A DNA stretch of 64,000 nucleotides, taken from Candidatus Woesearchaeota archaeon. GTDB taxonomy: Archaea > Nanobdellota > Nanobdellia > Woesearchaeales > JACPBO01. Position 1 is the first letter of the stretch; every line of letters starts with the position of its first letter. The stretch spans positions 48,189 through 112,188 of the forward strand of contig JACPBO010000005.1 in NCBI GenBank assembly GCA_016180285.1, in the 5' to 3' direction. Position numbers and translations under genes: made by a program. This document shows, in pieces, positions 1 to 9,171 of the stretch. The notes below the pieces were generated by a model. It saw only the letters and a list, made by a program, of their open reading frames with translations, had not been told where the DNA came from and made no database searches.

Positions 1-853
1 CAAAAGGCTGATTAGGCTGCGGCCTGATATTCGCTAAAATATTAAACTTATCTGAAACCTCTCTTAGCTTTGAGAGATCAGCGTTTATCTGTATGTTTTT
101 CTTCAATGCAATATTAGGAAGAATCTGGCACAGATCGGCATTGCCGCAGCGCTCCCCGACGCCGTTAATGGTTCCCTGAATATGGCCAACTTTACCTGCA
201 GCGATCAATGTGTTTGCAACTGCGCAGCCGGAATCATTGTGGCAGTGGATGCCGAGCTGCGCATCTGGAAATGCAGCTCTGACTTCATTGACTATTCCGA
301 GGATTTCATCAGGCAAACAGCCTCCATTCGTATCGCACAGAACAATGCAGGAAGCTCCTGCATCAATTGCCTTTTTAAGGCACTCTAATGCATATTCTTT
401 ATCGTCTTTAAAGCCGTCAAAGAAGTGCTCTGCATCAAAAAAAACTTCTATGCCGTTGTCATTGAGAAAGTTTATTGAATCGCTTATTGCATCAAGATTT
501 TCATCTTTTGATGTTTTAAGCTGCTTCTCAATGTGCAAAATCCATGTCTTGCCGAATACTGCGGCAGCTGCTGCTTTCGAATCAAGAACTGCCTTGAGAT
601 TAAGGTCTTGCTCTGCTTTAAGCTCTTTTTTCCTTGTGCTGCAGAAAGCAGATATTCTGGAATGATTTAGCTTTAATTTTGAAGCTTCCAGGAATGCCTC
701 CATGTCCTTTGGATTGGACCCGGGCCAGCCCAGTTCAATGTAATCAACTTTAAAATCGTCAAGGATCTTTGCGAACTCCAATTTATCCCTGACTGTCAGA
801 TTCACATCCTTGTTCTGGGTTCCGTCGCGAAGCGTTGTGTCATATATTATCAT
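1..853 (-). CDS. LeuA/CimA (HMGL-like) family citramalate/2-isopropylmalate synthase, N-terminal portion; continues beyond left edge of window
   Basis: Reverse-strand translation begins MIIYDTTLRDGTQNKDVNLTV...LCDTNGG...HCHND, the hallmark DRE-TIM aldolase motifs of the LeuA/CimA/NifV family. The ATG is at 853..851 and there is no stop before position 1. The ORF track omits it because it is incomplete. Confidence 0.7.
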   Translation of the reverse strand, partial: MIIYDTTLRDGTQNKDVNLTVRDKLEFAKILDDFKVDYIELGWPGSNPKDMEAFLEASKLKLNHSRISAFCSTRKKELKAEQDLNLKAVLDSKAAAAAVFGKTWILHIEKQLKTSKDENLDAISDSINFLNDNGIEVFFDAEHFFDGFKDDKEYALECLKKAIDAGASCIVLCDTNGGCLPDEILGIVNEVRAAFPDAQLGIHCHNDSGCAVANTLIAAGKVGHIQGTINGVGERCGNADLCQILPNIALKKNIQINADLSKLREVSDKFNILANIRPQPNQPF

Positions 854-1040
854 TTTAGCCTGCAGAAACTTTCTGCTGTGTTTTAAATAATAAATGTGAT
901 TTCTGCTATAGAACTTGTTTTTTTAGCTGATAAACCGGTATGGATCATAATATTGAAGAGTTAGTTTATGTATTTAAAGTTTATGTATTTGAATTTTTGG
1001 ATTTGGCTTGGCAAAAACGAAACATTTATATATTTAATGT

Positions 1041-1059
1041 GTATACTGATAGTATATAC
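1041..1059. promoter_or_regulatory. Imperfect palindrome GTATACT-gat-AGTATAT about 15 nt upstream of the toxin-antitoxin-like pair; candidate operator
   Basis: The inverted repeat is seen directly. It sits between an AT-rich promoter-like tract and an AGAGG ribosome-binding site. Confidence 0.25.
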
Positions 1060-1064
1060 AAGAG

Positions 1065-1364
1065 GTGTTTACATTGTATGAGCCGAGCTACCAAGGTCTT
1101 CCTGTGATAACGGTTCAAACCAGAAGAGGGCAGAAAAATGTTGTTGATGAATTAGTTGAATACGAAATGGATTTGGATGATGTGGTAGCGATACTAAATG
1201 AAGGCTATGAGTGCTCAAGAAGCAAAAGAAGAAAGGGTGTTTTAGAAAAATGTGTTGATAGAGGAGACAAAACGGTAAAAGTGGTTGTTCAGCGCGGGTT
1301 TATCGAACTTGACGGAAGAGAATGTTGGGAATTGATCCATGTTGGAAAATTTACAAGGAGGTAG
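1065..1364 (+). CDS. DUF4258-like small toxin-type protein (start probably TTG 1074 or GTG 1065)
   Basis: A 99-aa protein whose layout (LDDVVAILNEGYE..KRRKG..DRGDKTVKVVV..WELIHV) resembles DUF4258/RelE-fold toxins. It is translationally coupled to a downstream AbrB-fold gene, with the ATG of the next gene 1 nt after its stop. Confidence 0.4.
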   Translation: MFTLYEPSYQGLPVITVQTRRGQKNVVDELVEYEMDLDDVVAILNEGYECSRSKRRKGVLEKCVDRGDKTVKVVVQRGFIELDGRECWELIHVGKFTRR

Positions 1365-1703
1365 ATGAAAATGAAAGATGTATACGAAAATGAGATTTTA
1401 TGTAAAACTTGCAATCAAAAAACTGTAAAAGGGCATATACTTAGAGACGGCTTTGAAATTAGGACGTGGGAATGCCAAAAATGCGGCAAGATATGGCATC
1501 ATCCGCTGGATATGAATGAATACTTAAAATTCAATAAGCTGAAGCAGAAGCACTTTAAAGTAAAGTTAAGAAGAGTAGGCAATAGTTTTTCTGCCACCAT
1601 CCCTAATGAGATCATAGAGTTTGAGGGCGTTAGCAAGCAAGGCAAAATAATTGATATGCAGCTAGAGTCTGCCAATAAAGTTGCTATTAATTTAAAGCCG
1701 TGA
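1365..1703 (+). CDS. Zn-ribbon (CxxC..CxxC) plus AbrB/MazE/SpoVT-type swapped-hairpin domain protein; putative antitoxin or regulator
   Basis: CKTCNQ...CQKCGK forms the zinc ribbon. The C-terminal VKLRRVGNSFSATIPNEI matches the AbrB/MazE looped-hinge-helix signature. Confidence 0.5.
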   Translation: MKMKDVYENEILCKTCNQKTVKGHILRDGFEIRTWECQKCGKIWHHPLDMNEYLKFNKLKQKHFKVKLRRVGNSFSATIPNEIIEFEGVSKQGKIIDMQLESANKVAINLKP

Positions 1704-1714
1704 GAATTTTATTT

Positions 1715-2173
1715 TTAGATACTTGCGCTAAATCCAACAGCATTTCCATAAACATTATACATCCTGATCGTATCTGCATTAAACGGATATGCTATGATAA
1801 TATGCGCTATTCCGCATTTGTTGAAAAATGTCAAGTCTGCCCCTGATGGCCTACTGCTGTAGCCAGGATGGGAATGCGCTGTCCCTATTATTTTTGAGGT
1901 TATAGGGAGATCAAGCGTCATGGATGTTGCATTGTTCGATGCCTGGTAAGTGTTAAATAAAACATCATTTATGATCAATTCTTTGTTTTTGAATTCCCCT
2001 TCCAATAAAACAACAAATTCCTTTGGGTAAGCCTGCTTTGCAAGATCGATTATTTTTTCAACAACTTCTTTTTCTACAATGATTTTATCGAATTCGTATT
2101 TATCAAAGCCGAAGAATTTCTTGAGTTGGTTTATTAAAAAAGTTTTAAGTGTCATTTGATGTATTGAATTCAT
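1715..2173 (-). CDS. JAMM/MPN+ family metalloprotease (Mov34-like isopeptidase)
   Basis: HSHPGYSSRPSGADL fits the JAMM motif H-x-H-x7-S-x2-D. Confidence 0.7.
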   Translation of the reverse strand: MNSIHQMTLKTFLINQLKKFFGFDKYEFDKIIVEKEVVEKIIDLAKQAYPKEFVVLLEGEFKNKELIINDVLFNTYQASNNATSMTLDLPITSKIIGTAHSHPGYSSRPSGADLTFFNKCGIAHIIIAYPFNADTIRMYNVYGNAVGFSASI

Positions 2174-2179
2174 AGAGGT

Positions 2180-2692
2180 ATGATAAGATTTATAAAGATT
2201 GGCTTATTTACAAATAACAAAATGCAAGAAGAATCCTATAGACAGGTAAGTACAAAAGATTTAACAATTAATGAATTGAGAGCAAGTAGATTGCCTGATA
2301 ACTCTTTAACTTCAATTTGGGTAAACTTTACAAGTAAATCAGACAAACACTACACAGCAGTTCATGTATACAGGCATGATGATGGGCCATATATTCTGCT
2401 CTGCGGGCTAGATAAAAAGTTATGTGATTTCAAGGAAGTTGAAAGAATTATTGTAAATGAAACAAACAGCAAGCCTGAAGGCAGCATAATAGGCAGAAAT
2501 GAGGATATTTGTAGCATAATCCATCTCCGGCATAAACCGACACAAGCCATGGTAGCTAATTTCATAGAGAGGTATGAAAAGTATTTCTCAAATTTAAAAA
2601 TCCCAGTGGCATTTTTTCACGACATACCAAAATCAGCTTATGAAAATTCGAACTTATCATTAGAAAAACTATCTTTTGAAAAAGTTACTTGA
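2180..2692 (+). CDS. hypothetical protein
   Basis: A 170-aa ORF divergent from the JAMM gene. No recognisable motif. Confidence 0.3.
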   Translation: MIRFIKIGLFTNNKMQEESYRQVSTKDLTINELRASRLPDNSLTSIWVNFTSKSDKHYTAVHVYRHDDGPYILLCGLDKKLCDFKEVERIIVNETNSKPEGSIIGRNEDICSIIHLRHKPTQAMVANFIERYEKYFSNLKIPVAFFHDIPKSAYENSNLSLEKLSFEKVT

Positions 2693-2723
2693 AACCACAT
2701 TCCTGTATTGGTTTTTAACGTTT

Positions 2724-3929
2724 TCATTTCAAAAACTTCACAATCTTCTTCATCTCTTCAATAAAGACATTCGCTTCTTCTTCTGTGCTGTACAGGTACA
2801 AAGATGCCCTTGCGCTTCCTTTCATTTGGTGCGCATTGAACCATGAATGAACGCAGTGAGCTCCGCTTCTGATCATTATGTTGGCGGACTGGTCAAGGAT
2901 CATTGCAATATTATGCGGATCCATTCCTTTTATATTGAAGCTTATTATTCCGCCTCTCTGCTCTGCATCTTTCGGGCCAATAAGATCGAAGCCATTTATT
3001 TTCAACAATTCCTCTGTTATTTTCCTGTTCAGCTTCAATTCATGCTGCTCAATATCCCCTTTTCCGGTTCTCATCAGATAATTTGCTGCTTCTGCAAAGC
3101 CGATAATTCCGGCATAATTCTGCAGCCCGGCTTCAAGCCTTTCAGGCAGCTCTTCAAATTCTGCTGTTGAATAAGTTGTATCTTTCACAGTGTCGCCGCC
3201 TACAATGAAAGGCGATAATTTTTCAAGCAATTCCTGCTTTCCATAAAGGCAGCCAGTTCCTGTTGGGCCAAGCATCTTATGGCCTGAAAATGCAATAAAA
3301 TCAGCATCAAGCTTCCTGACATCAACTTCTTTATGAGGAATGGACTGCGCGCAGTCAAGCATTACAGCAACTTTATTGTCATGCGCAATTTTTATTATTT
3401 CTTTTGCATTTATTGAAGTTCCATCCAGATTAGAACTGTGCACCATCGAGATTAGCTTTGTTTTATTTGTTATTTTATTTTTTAAATCTTCCGGATCATT
3501 GAAATCAGCAATCTGATGAATAATGCCTTTTGTCTCCTTTAATCTCTGCCATGGAAGCAAGTTTGAATTATGCTCTTTGTCTGTTGTGAGCACTTCATCG
3601 CCTTCTTCAAGAGAAAATGCATTCGCAACCAGATTGATGCTTTCTGTTGTGTTTTTTGTGAAGATTATTTCCTTTTCTTTTCTTGCATTTATGAATTTTT
3701 GGATTGTTATTCTTGCTTTTCTGACTTCTTCCGTTACTCTTTTGCCCAAAGAATGAAGGCTTCTTCCGCCGCATGCCGGGAATTCATTATAATAGCGGTT
3801 CATTGCCTCAATTACTTGCCTTGGCTTCAATGACATGCATGCATTGTCAAAATATATTATTGGCCTGTTATTCCTCTTTCTATCTAGAATCAGGAAATCT
3901 TCTCTTATTTTTCGGACATTAATTGCCAT
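2724..3929 (-). CDS. sufS: Cysteine desulfurase / class V aminotransferase (SufS/CsdA-like); start taken at internal MAINVRKIREDF
   Basis: FDNACMSLKP...SGHKMLGPTGTGCLYG (PLP-binding lysine region)...RSGAHC (active-site cysteine loop). The longer ORF to 4091 overlaps the upstream gene, so the Met at 3929 is preferred. Confidence 0.8.
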   Translation of the reverse strand: MAINVRKIREDFLILDRKRNNRPIIYFDNACMSLKPRQVIEAMNRYYNEFPACGGRSLHSLGKRVTEEVRKARITIQKFINARKEKEIIFTKNTTESINLVANAFSLEEGDEVLTTDKEHNSNLLPWQRLKETKGIIHQIADFNDPEDLKNKITNKTKLISMVHSSNLDGTSINAKEIIKIAHDNKVAVMLDCAQSIPHKEVDVRKLDADFIAFSGHKMLGPTGTGCLYGKQELLEKLSPFIVGGDTVKDTTYSTAEFEELPERLEAGLQNYAGIIGFAEAANYLMRTGKGDIEQHELKLNRKITEELLKINGFDLIGPKDAEQRGGIISFNIKGMDPHNIAMILDQSANIMIRSGAHCVHSWFNAHQMKGSARASLYLYSTEEEANVFIEEMKKIVKFLK

Positions 3930-4380
3930 ATTTATCACAGGTTTCTTTGCAAGTGCAGTTAAGCCCTCCCCGACATATTGGTGAACACCCTGTCGGGCAT
4001 TCGGAATTACTGCATGAAGGCAGGCTTTCTGATGCTGAAGGGTTGAAAATGCACGCCCCTCCTTGCAGCCCATTGCAGTTTTTGTACACAATCAAGTTAT
4101 AAATGCCATGGCCAGACCATACTATGCTTGCTATAAACATTATGGTGAAAATCCATGAAATCAGCTCGAAATTTTTATATGTGAAGCCAGCAAGCCTTGG
4201 AGTTTTCCTCATCAGCTTTCCAGTAATTTGGCTTTTCAGCCTTTTATCTAATCCGGATTCGCATTTTCTTAATGTTAGCCTTCTGAAAACGCAGTCGAAT
4301 GCCTCTTTTGCAAGCATTCTGTGTGTGGAGCTAAAAATGCCAAGAACCCCAAAAACAACTAAAGCGATAAGGCAGATCAT
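3919..4380 (-). CDS. Cys-rich membrane protein, function unknown
   Basis: Two transmembrane segments and a C-terminal Cys-rich tail (CSNSECPTGCSPICRGGLNCTCKETC). Confidence 0.35.
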   Translation of the reverse strand: MICLIALVVFGVLGIFSSTHRMLAKEAFDCVFRRLTLRKCESGLDKRLKSQITGKLMRKTPRLAGFTYKNFELISWIFTIMFIASIVWSGHGIYNLIVYKNCNGLQGGACIFNPSASESLPSCSNSECPTGCSPICRGGLNCTCKETCDKYGN

Positions 4381-4387
4381 TTTTCAC

Positions 4388-5329
4388 TTAGCCGCAGCTT
4401 CCTGCAGATGGTCTAGAAGAGCTGGCTGAAGATAAAGTTCGGGAGCATTCTTTTGGCGCTGTATTGAATGCTGAGCATATAATCTCCTTCAGCTTGTCAG
4501 AATCCCACCTGTATTCTGAAGGAGATACATGCACGCCATTGACAACAAGTGTTTCAGAGCCCTGCACATCATACTGCTGGTTTAGTTCCCTGTCAACAGG
4601 GTACTGGGGATAACGGCTGCTAAGCCAGGTTGATTTATCGTTGTATAATGCTGTGATATTATACTGCCTGTCTATTGAATTAATGCACAAGCTTAACTTA
4701 TCAGCATCGATCCCAGCAGACTTTATGCACTCATCAGATTTTTGCGATTTCACAAAACATTCCAGATAATCTGCATATTTGTTCTCCTGCTCTTTTTGTA
4801 TGCAGTATTCTATGCTGTTGTCATCAATCTCTGTTTTGCCGTGCATTGCATAATACACAAATCTTGTCTTTATTTCTGCAGATTCGCCCAATAATTTCAT
4901 TACGGGCACCAGTATTTCCTGCGCTTTGATTCCATAAGGGCAGTGGCTCATCACAAACAATTCAACTTTAGGCTTGTCTGTTTTTGGGTAAGACTGCGAA
5001 CTGGCCTGCTGAGCAGCTGCTTCCAAAGATATTGCAGACGGGAACAGCAGGCTGCCGTCTTTTGATATATAAGAATCATATGACTGCCCGGCGATGTCAA
5101 ACTTTATCTCATAAAGATTGTTTTTTTCTTCGGCGCTTTTCAGCACAGCTGCTGCCTGCCCCTGCAGCATATTTGTGTTTATGAAATCAATTGCCTTCTT
5201 TGCTGCTTCATCTTTTGATAAGCCAGATGTCTTGCCCTGCATTAAAGATGCTATTAATGATATCAGCAATACAACAGATACTGCCTGCCACATGTATAAT
5301 TTCTTCATTTTCACTTTCGTATCATTCAC
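4388..5329 (-). CDS. Secreted or membrane-anchored thioredoxin-fold protein (CPYG active site)
   Basis: N-terminal signal anchor, then FVMSHCPYG (a Trx/Grx-like CxxC variant) and further cysteine pairs. Confidence 0.5.
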   Translation of the reverse strand: MNDTKVKMKKLYMWQAVSVVLLISLIASLMQGKTSGLSKDEAAKKAIDFINTNMLQGQAAAVLKSAEEKNNLYEIKFDIAGQSYDSYISKDGSLLFPSAISLEAAAQQASSQSYPKTDKPKVELFVMSHCPYGIKAQEILVPVMKLLGESAEIKTRFVYYAMHGKTEIDDNSIEYCIQKEQENKYADYLECFVKSQKSDECIKSAGIDADKLSLCINSIDRQYNITALYNDKSTWLSSRYPQYPVDRELNQQYDVQGSETLVVNGVHVSPSEYRWDSDKLKEIICSAFNTAPKECSRTLSSASSSRPSAGSCG

Positions 5330-5380
5330 CAGCCCGTATAAACTATAGTATCAATAAGATGAAACCATATATATTAATTT

Positions 5381-5905
5381 GTGAAACCCTGCGAAAAGCT
5401 TAAAAATAAGCCCGGATTAGCTGTTTCAATGATTCAAAACAAGAAGATTGTGCTCGGAATAGGAATGATCGCTGTGTTTCTGTTTGTTGTATTCTCAATA
5501 AGCTCATACTACAAAGAAAAAAATTCCCTTATATGCCCTGTGTTCGGGTGGAGTGTTTCTATTTTTGACCTGATACCTATTTTAGTGAGCCTTGGTGTTG
5601 TTGTCGGGGCTGCTACTCACTATACAATGTCATTCAAGGTTGAGGCAAAGGAAAAATCTTTGAAAAGGAACATTGACATAATATTCAAATTTTTGGCAGT
5701 AGAGGAAAGAAAAGTTGTGGAAAAGCTGCTTGAAAACAAGGGAAGGATGCTGCAAGCTGACATCACAAGACTGGAAGGCATGAATAAGCTCAGATCGCAC
5801 AGAACAATTAAAAAATTAGTTGAGAAAGGCATTGTTAAGGTTGAGGGCTATGGAAAGACGAATGATGTAAGGCTGGTTAATGATATTATGGAAGGGCTGC
5901 TGTAG
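5381..5905 (+). CDS. Membrane-anchored winged-helix (MarR/PadR-like) transcription regulator
   Basis: Two N-terminal transmembrane segments followed by a wHTH-like segment (ADITRLEGMNKLRSHRTIKKLVEKGIV). The start may instead be the Met at 5429. Confidence 0.45.
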   Translation: MKPCEKLKNKPGLAVSMIQNKKIVLGIGMIAVFLFVVFSISSYYKEKNSLICPVFGWSVSIFDLIPILVSLGVVVGAATHYTMSFKVEAKEKSLKRNIDIIFKFLAVEERKVVEKLLENKGRMLQADITRLEGMNKLRSHRTIKKLVEKGIVKVEGYGKTNDVRLVNDIMEGLL

Positions 5906-5941
5906 ATTCTAAAAAGAAAAGTTTTTTAAGCATCAAATTTT

Positions 5942-8900
5942 ATGTTCTCAATAATGAAGCTAACCTATGCTCATTGCAGCTTATTGGCGATTTTATTAGT
6001 TGCTGTTATCTTTACGAGCAGTTGCACTAAAACTCAAAGAGAGGCGCCATTTCAAATTCCGCAGAAGCCGTTTCAGCCTTTTCAAGAACAAGCTCGACAG
6101 AATCAGATGCCAGGCAATCCTTTAATTGACCACAATACATATATAACTTTTTCCAGTGACGGGAAAACCTGGGAGCAAGGCTCGTTAATCAGAAAATCTG
6201 CATCAGTCCCTGATTTGATTCAGCTTACAAGAGACGCAGGCAAATTCAAAAAAGACGACTTACTGGTTTATTTTGTTGATGCCTTGACAATGGCTGGCCC
6301 GTCAACTGAGCAAGTGGGAATTATTTCTTCCTCTGATTTAGGAAAAACTTGGGCAGAACAAGGCACCATTAAACTTAGCGGCAAAAAAAATAAGGGAGGT
6401 GTTGTTGACCCATCTATAGTTCAGCTAGAGGATGGCTCTTTGAGGCTTTACTTTTTTGGACCAGATATTACAAGCGGCGATCCCGCCAAACAGGAGGGCA
6501 AACATAAAGTTTATTCTGCCAAATCCTCTGATGGAATGAATTTTGTTGCGGAAGAGGGCACCAGATTTGAGGACAACAGCCTGACTGATCCTGAGGTGAT
6601 TTATTTCAACGGCAAATGGCTCATGTACTATTCTGTTGGAGCCTCATCTGAATTAGCAACTTCAAATGATGGATTGAACTTTATAGCTGTTGACATAGAA
6701 GGAGGGAATGTTGGAGGAGTTCCCGGGGCATTGGCACTCGACAATGGAGTCAGGCTTTTTGCCTGCGGAAAGGGAATAGCTACTGCAACATCTACAGACG
6801 GCGTGAATTTTAAGTTGGAACAAATCGATATCCTAAATACAGATGGGATAGTTTGTGACCCTGCTGCTGTGAAACTAGCAGATGGCAAATATGCTATGAT
6901 TTATAAAGCAATTGAAGGAGAGCAAAAGCCGCAATCAGACGGCCAATCCCAACAGGCACAATCGCAATTTTGTCCAGATGGCATTTGTGATGATTTTGAG
7001 ATAAGAGAAGGAGTATGTTCTAAAGACTGCGCTGGTGTTGAGGGATGGCAGGCAAAAAAACAAGTGCAAGAAGTACAGCCTGAGCAGCGAACACAAACAA
7101 TACAAACTCAGGTGTCAGAGCCTATCTCTGTAAAAGCTATTAATTCCACATACAAAACAGTTTCATCAAAACCAACTGGATGGTTTAAAACAGGCCAGGA
7201 TGCAGACATCATGCTCGCAGGAATAGATTTTAATAATGCAGGCGGCTCTCTTTTGTTCAACCACCCCGGAAATGTTGCAAGCGATGGAACGCATCTTCTT
7301 TTAGCTGATAGAAATAACAACCGGATTCTAATATGGAACAAACTTCCAGCCAGCAACATAGCTCCTGATTTGGTGCTTGGCCAAAAAGATTTCTATTCCA
7401 ACAACCCCGGTAAGGGGCTTGATCAGCTAAATTGGCCTGTCAGCGTTTCAGCTGCAAACGGCAAAATAGTGGTGGCCGATACTTACAATGACCGCATTTT
7501 AATCTGGAACTCTTTCCCAACAAAAAATGGACAATCTGCTGATATGGAAATAAAAGATATAGGTATAGGCGGGCCTGCTGATTCAAAAGATATGGAAACT
7601 GCTAAACGCCGTATTGGCTGGCCTTGGGCAGTCTGGACTGACGGAAAGAAACTAATTGTAGCCAGCACCGGATCAGCTTCTGTTTTGATATGGAACTCTT
7701 TCCCCATTCAAAATAATCAGGCTGCTGATATTGTTCTTTTTGCCGGAGGAAAGTTTGGCACTCCACGCTCAATTGGCAGCGATGGCAAGCATCTTCTAAT
7801 TGGCGATCACAATGCCAAGCCGAACAATGGCGGCCAAGGAAACTTTCTTTGGAATAGCTTTCCTACCAAAGATGATGAGCCTTATGACTTTTTTGTTTTC
7901 ACACCATTTAGAATGGGTGAAAAAATACCGTTTCAAGAAGGCCCTGGGCAGCTAGTGCAGGGCGATATAATGTGGGGCGGGGCATTTACGCCAGATGGCA
8001 AATTTATTGTGGTAACCAACAAGCTTTTTATTTGGGACTCTTTCCCTGAAAATGAAAATGACGCAGCTGATTTAGTTGTAGGCACGAGCAGCGCTCCAGG
8101 AGAAAAAAAAGAGGGCTATGCTTTCATTGGGGGAGACGGCTCAGGAGCAGCTTTTGCAGATGGCAAACTATATATAGGGCTTTATAATGGCAATAAAATC
8201 GTTGCTTACAATGAGCTGCCAACTAAGGCAGACCAAAAGCCTGATTTTGCTATCGGCTCGCCAGACATTGATACCAACACACTGGGAACAAATTACTTTG
8301 CCAATAACCCAAACCCCCTCACTGATGGAAAGAGCTTGTTTGTCATTTCGAATTTTGATCATATAATGCATGTATGGAAAAATCTGCCTGACCAAAGCGG
8401 AGCAAAGCCTGATTTTGTTTATGAGTTTTTTCCTCCGCCGCAGCACGCTTCTATTGTACGCAATTCGTTGGTTATAGACACAGGCAATAGAATGTTTGTA
8501 TGGAAAAAATTGCCGCTGAATGGGGAGACGCCAGATGTTACATTTGATGGTAAAATCAGCAACATAGATATTGCAAAAATAAATGGCGTAGCTGGTGACG
8601 AAAAATACTTTTATATCTCCACCATGGAAAACAAAACCTATGTTTGGGAAGATGTGCCAGCCCAAAACACAACCCCTAAAATTATAATAAACACAGCACT
8701 TGGGGGAGCTGGAGGCAAAGGTGGCGGAAGTGTTTACAGCGACGGCACTTACATTACAACTATCTCAACTTTTGAGCACATGGTAAAAATTTATCGTGTT
8801 GCAGACTTAATTTCAAACCCAAAAAATCCGCCTCAACCAATGACAGTTGGCAGGCCAGGCGGGATGTTTAATCTGCCTGAAAGTGCTTTAGTCCGCAACA

Positions 8901-9139
8901 ACCATCTTTTTGTTGCTGACACAGTGCCCAGCAGAGTTTTAGTTTGGAACAATGTTGAAGATGCTGTTGCTGGCAATGAACCAGATGTTGTTTTAGGTGC
9001 AGAAAGTTTAACAGAAAAACTTCCAGAAATTGGAAGAGATAAGCTTTTCTGGCCTTCTGGAATGGACTTTGATGGAAGCTATTTATGGGTTGGAGAATTC
9101 AAGTTTTCAGGCAGAGTGCTGAGATTTGGTGTTGGGTGA
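5942..9139 (+). CDS. Large secreted protein: N-terminal BNR/Asp-box (sialidase-like) domain, Cys-rich linker, C-terminal NHL-type beta-propeller repeats
   Basis: Signal/lipobox-like N-terminus. Asp-box motifs SSDGKTWEQG and SSSDLGKTWAEQG. About ten roughly 50-aa repeats of the form NNRILIWNKLP...PDLVLG, NDRILIWNSFP, VLIWNSFP, FLWNSFP, LFIWDSFP, HVWKNLP, MFVWKKLP, VLVWNNVED. Confidence 0.6.
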   Translation: MFSIMKLTYAHCSLLAILLVAVIFTSSCTKTQREAPFQIPQKPFQPFQEQARQNQMPGNPLIDHNTYITFSSDGKTWEQGSLIRKSASVPDLIQLTRDAGKFKKDDLLVYFVDALTMAGPSTEQVGIISSSDLGKTWAEQGTIKLSGKKNKGGVVDPSIVQLEDGSLRLYFFGPDITSGDPAKQEGKHKVYSAKSSDGMNFVAEEGTRFEDNSLTDPEVIYFNGKWLMYYSVGASSELATSNDGLNFIAVDIEGGNVGGVPGALALDNGVRLFACGKGIATATSTDGVNFKLEQIDILNTDGIVCDPAAVKLADGKYAMIYKAIEGEQKPQSDGQSQQAQSQFCPDGICDDFEIREGVCSKDCAGVEGWQAKKQVQEVQPEQRTQTIQTQVSEPISVKAINSTYKTVSSKPTGWFKTGQDADIMLAGIDFNNAGGSLLFNHPGNVASDGTHLLLADRNNNRILIWNKLPASNIAPDLVLGQKDFYSNNPGKGLDQLNWPVSVSAANGKIVVADTYNDRILIWNSFPTKNGQSADMEIKDIGIGGPADSKDMETAKRRIGWPWAVWTDGKKLIVASTGSASVLIWNSFPIQNNQAADIVLFAGGKFGTPRSIGSDGKHLLIGDHNAKPNNGGQGNFLWNSFPTKDDEPYDFFVFTPFRMGEKIPFQEGPGQLVQGDIMWGGAFTPDGKFIVVTNKLFIWDSFPENENDAADLVVGTSSAPGEKKEGYAFIGGDGSGAAFADGKLYIGLYNGNKIVAYNELPTKADQKPDFAIGSPDIDTNTLGTNYFANNPNPLTDGKSLFVISNFDHIMHVWKNLPDQSGAKPDFVYEFFPPPQHASIVRNSLVIDTGNRMFVWKKLPLNGETPDVTFDGKISNIDIAKINGVAGDEKYFYISTMENKTYVWEDVPAQNTTPKIIINTALGGAGGKGGGSVYSDGTYITTISTFEHMVKIYRVADLISNPKNPPQPMTVGRPGGMFNLPESALVRNNHLFVADTVPSRVLVWNNVEDAVAGNEPDVVLGAESLTEKLPEIGRDKLFWPSGMDFDGSYLWVGEFKFSGRVLRFGVG

Positions 9140-9171
9140 GATGTGATGTTTTAGGCATTGGCAGAATACAA

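Noticed and set aside
210-665. Plus-strand ORFs 182..388 and 210..665 at the left edge
   Set aside because: Low-complexity translations lying antisense to a clear LeuA/CimA-family gene on the minus strand. They are spurious.
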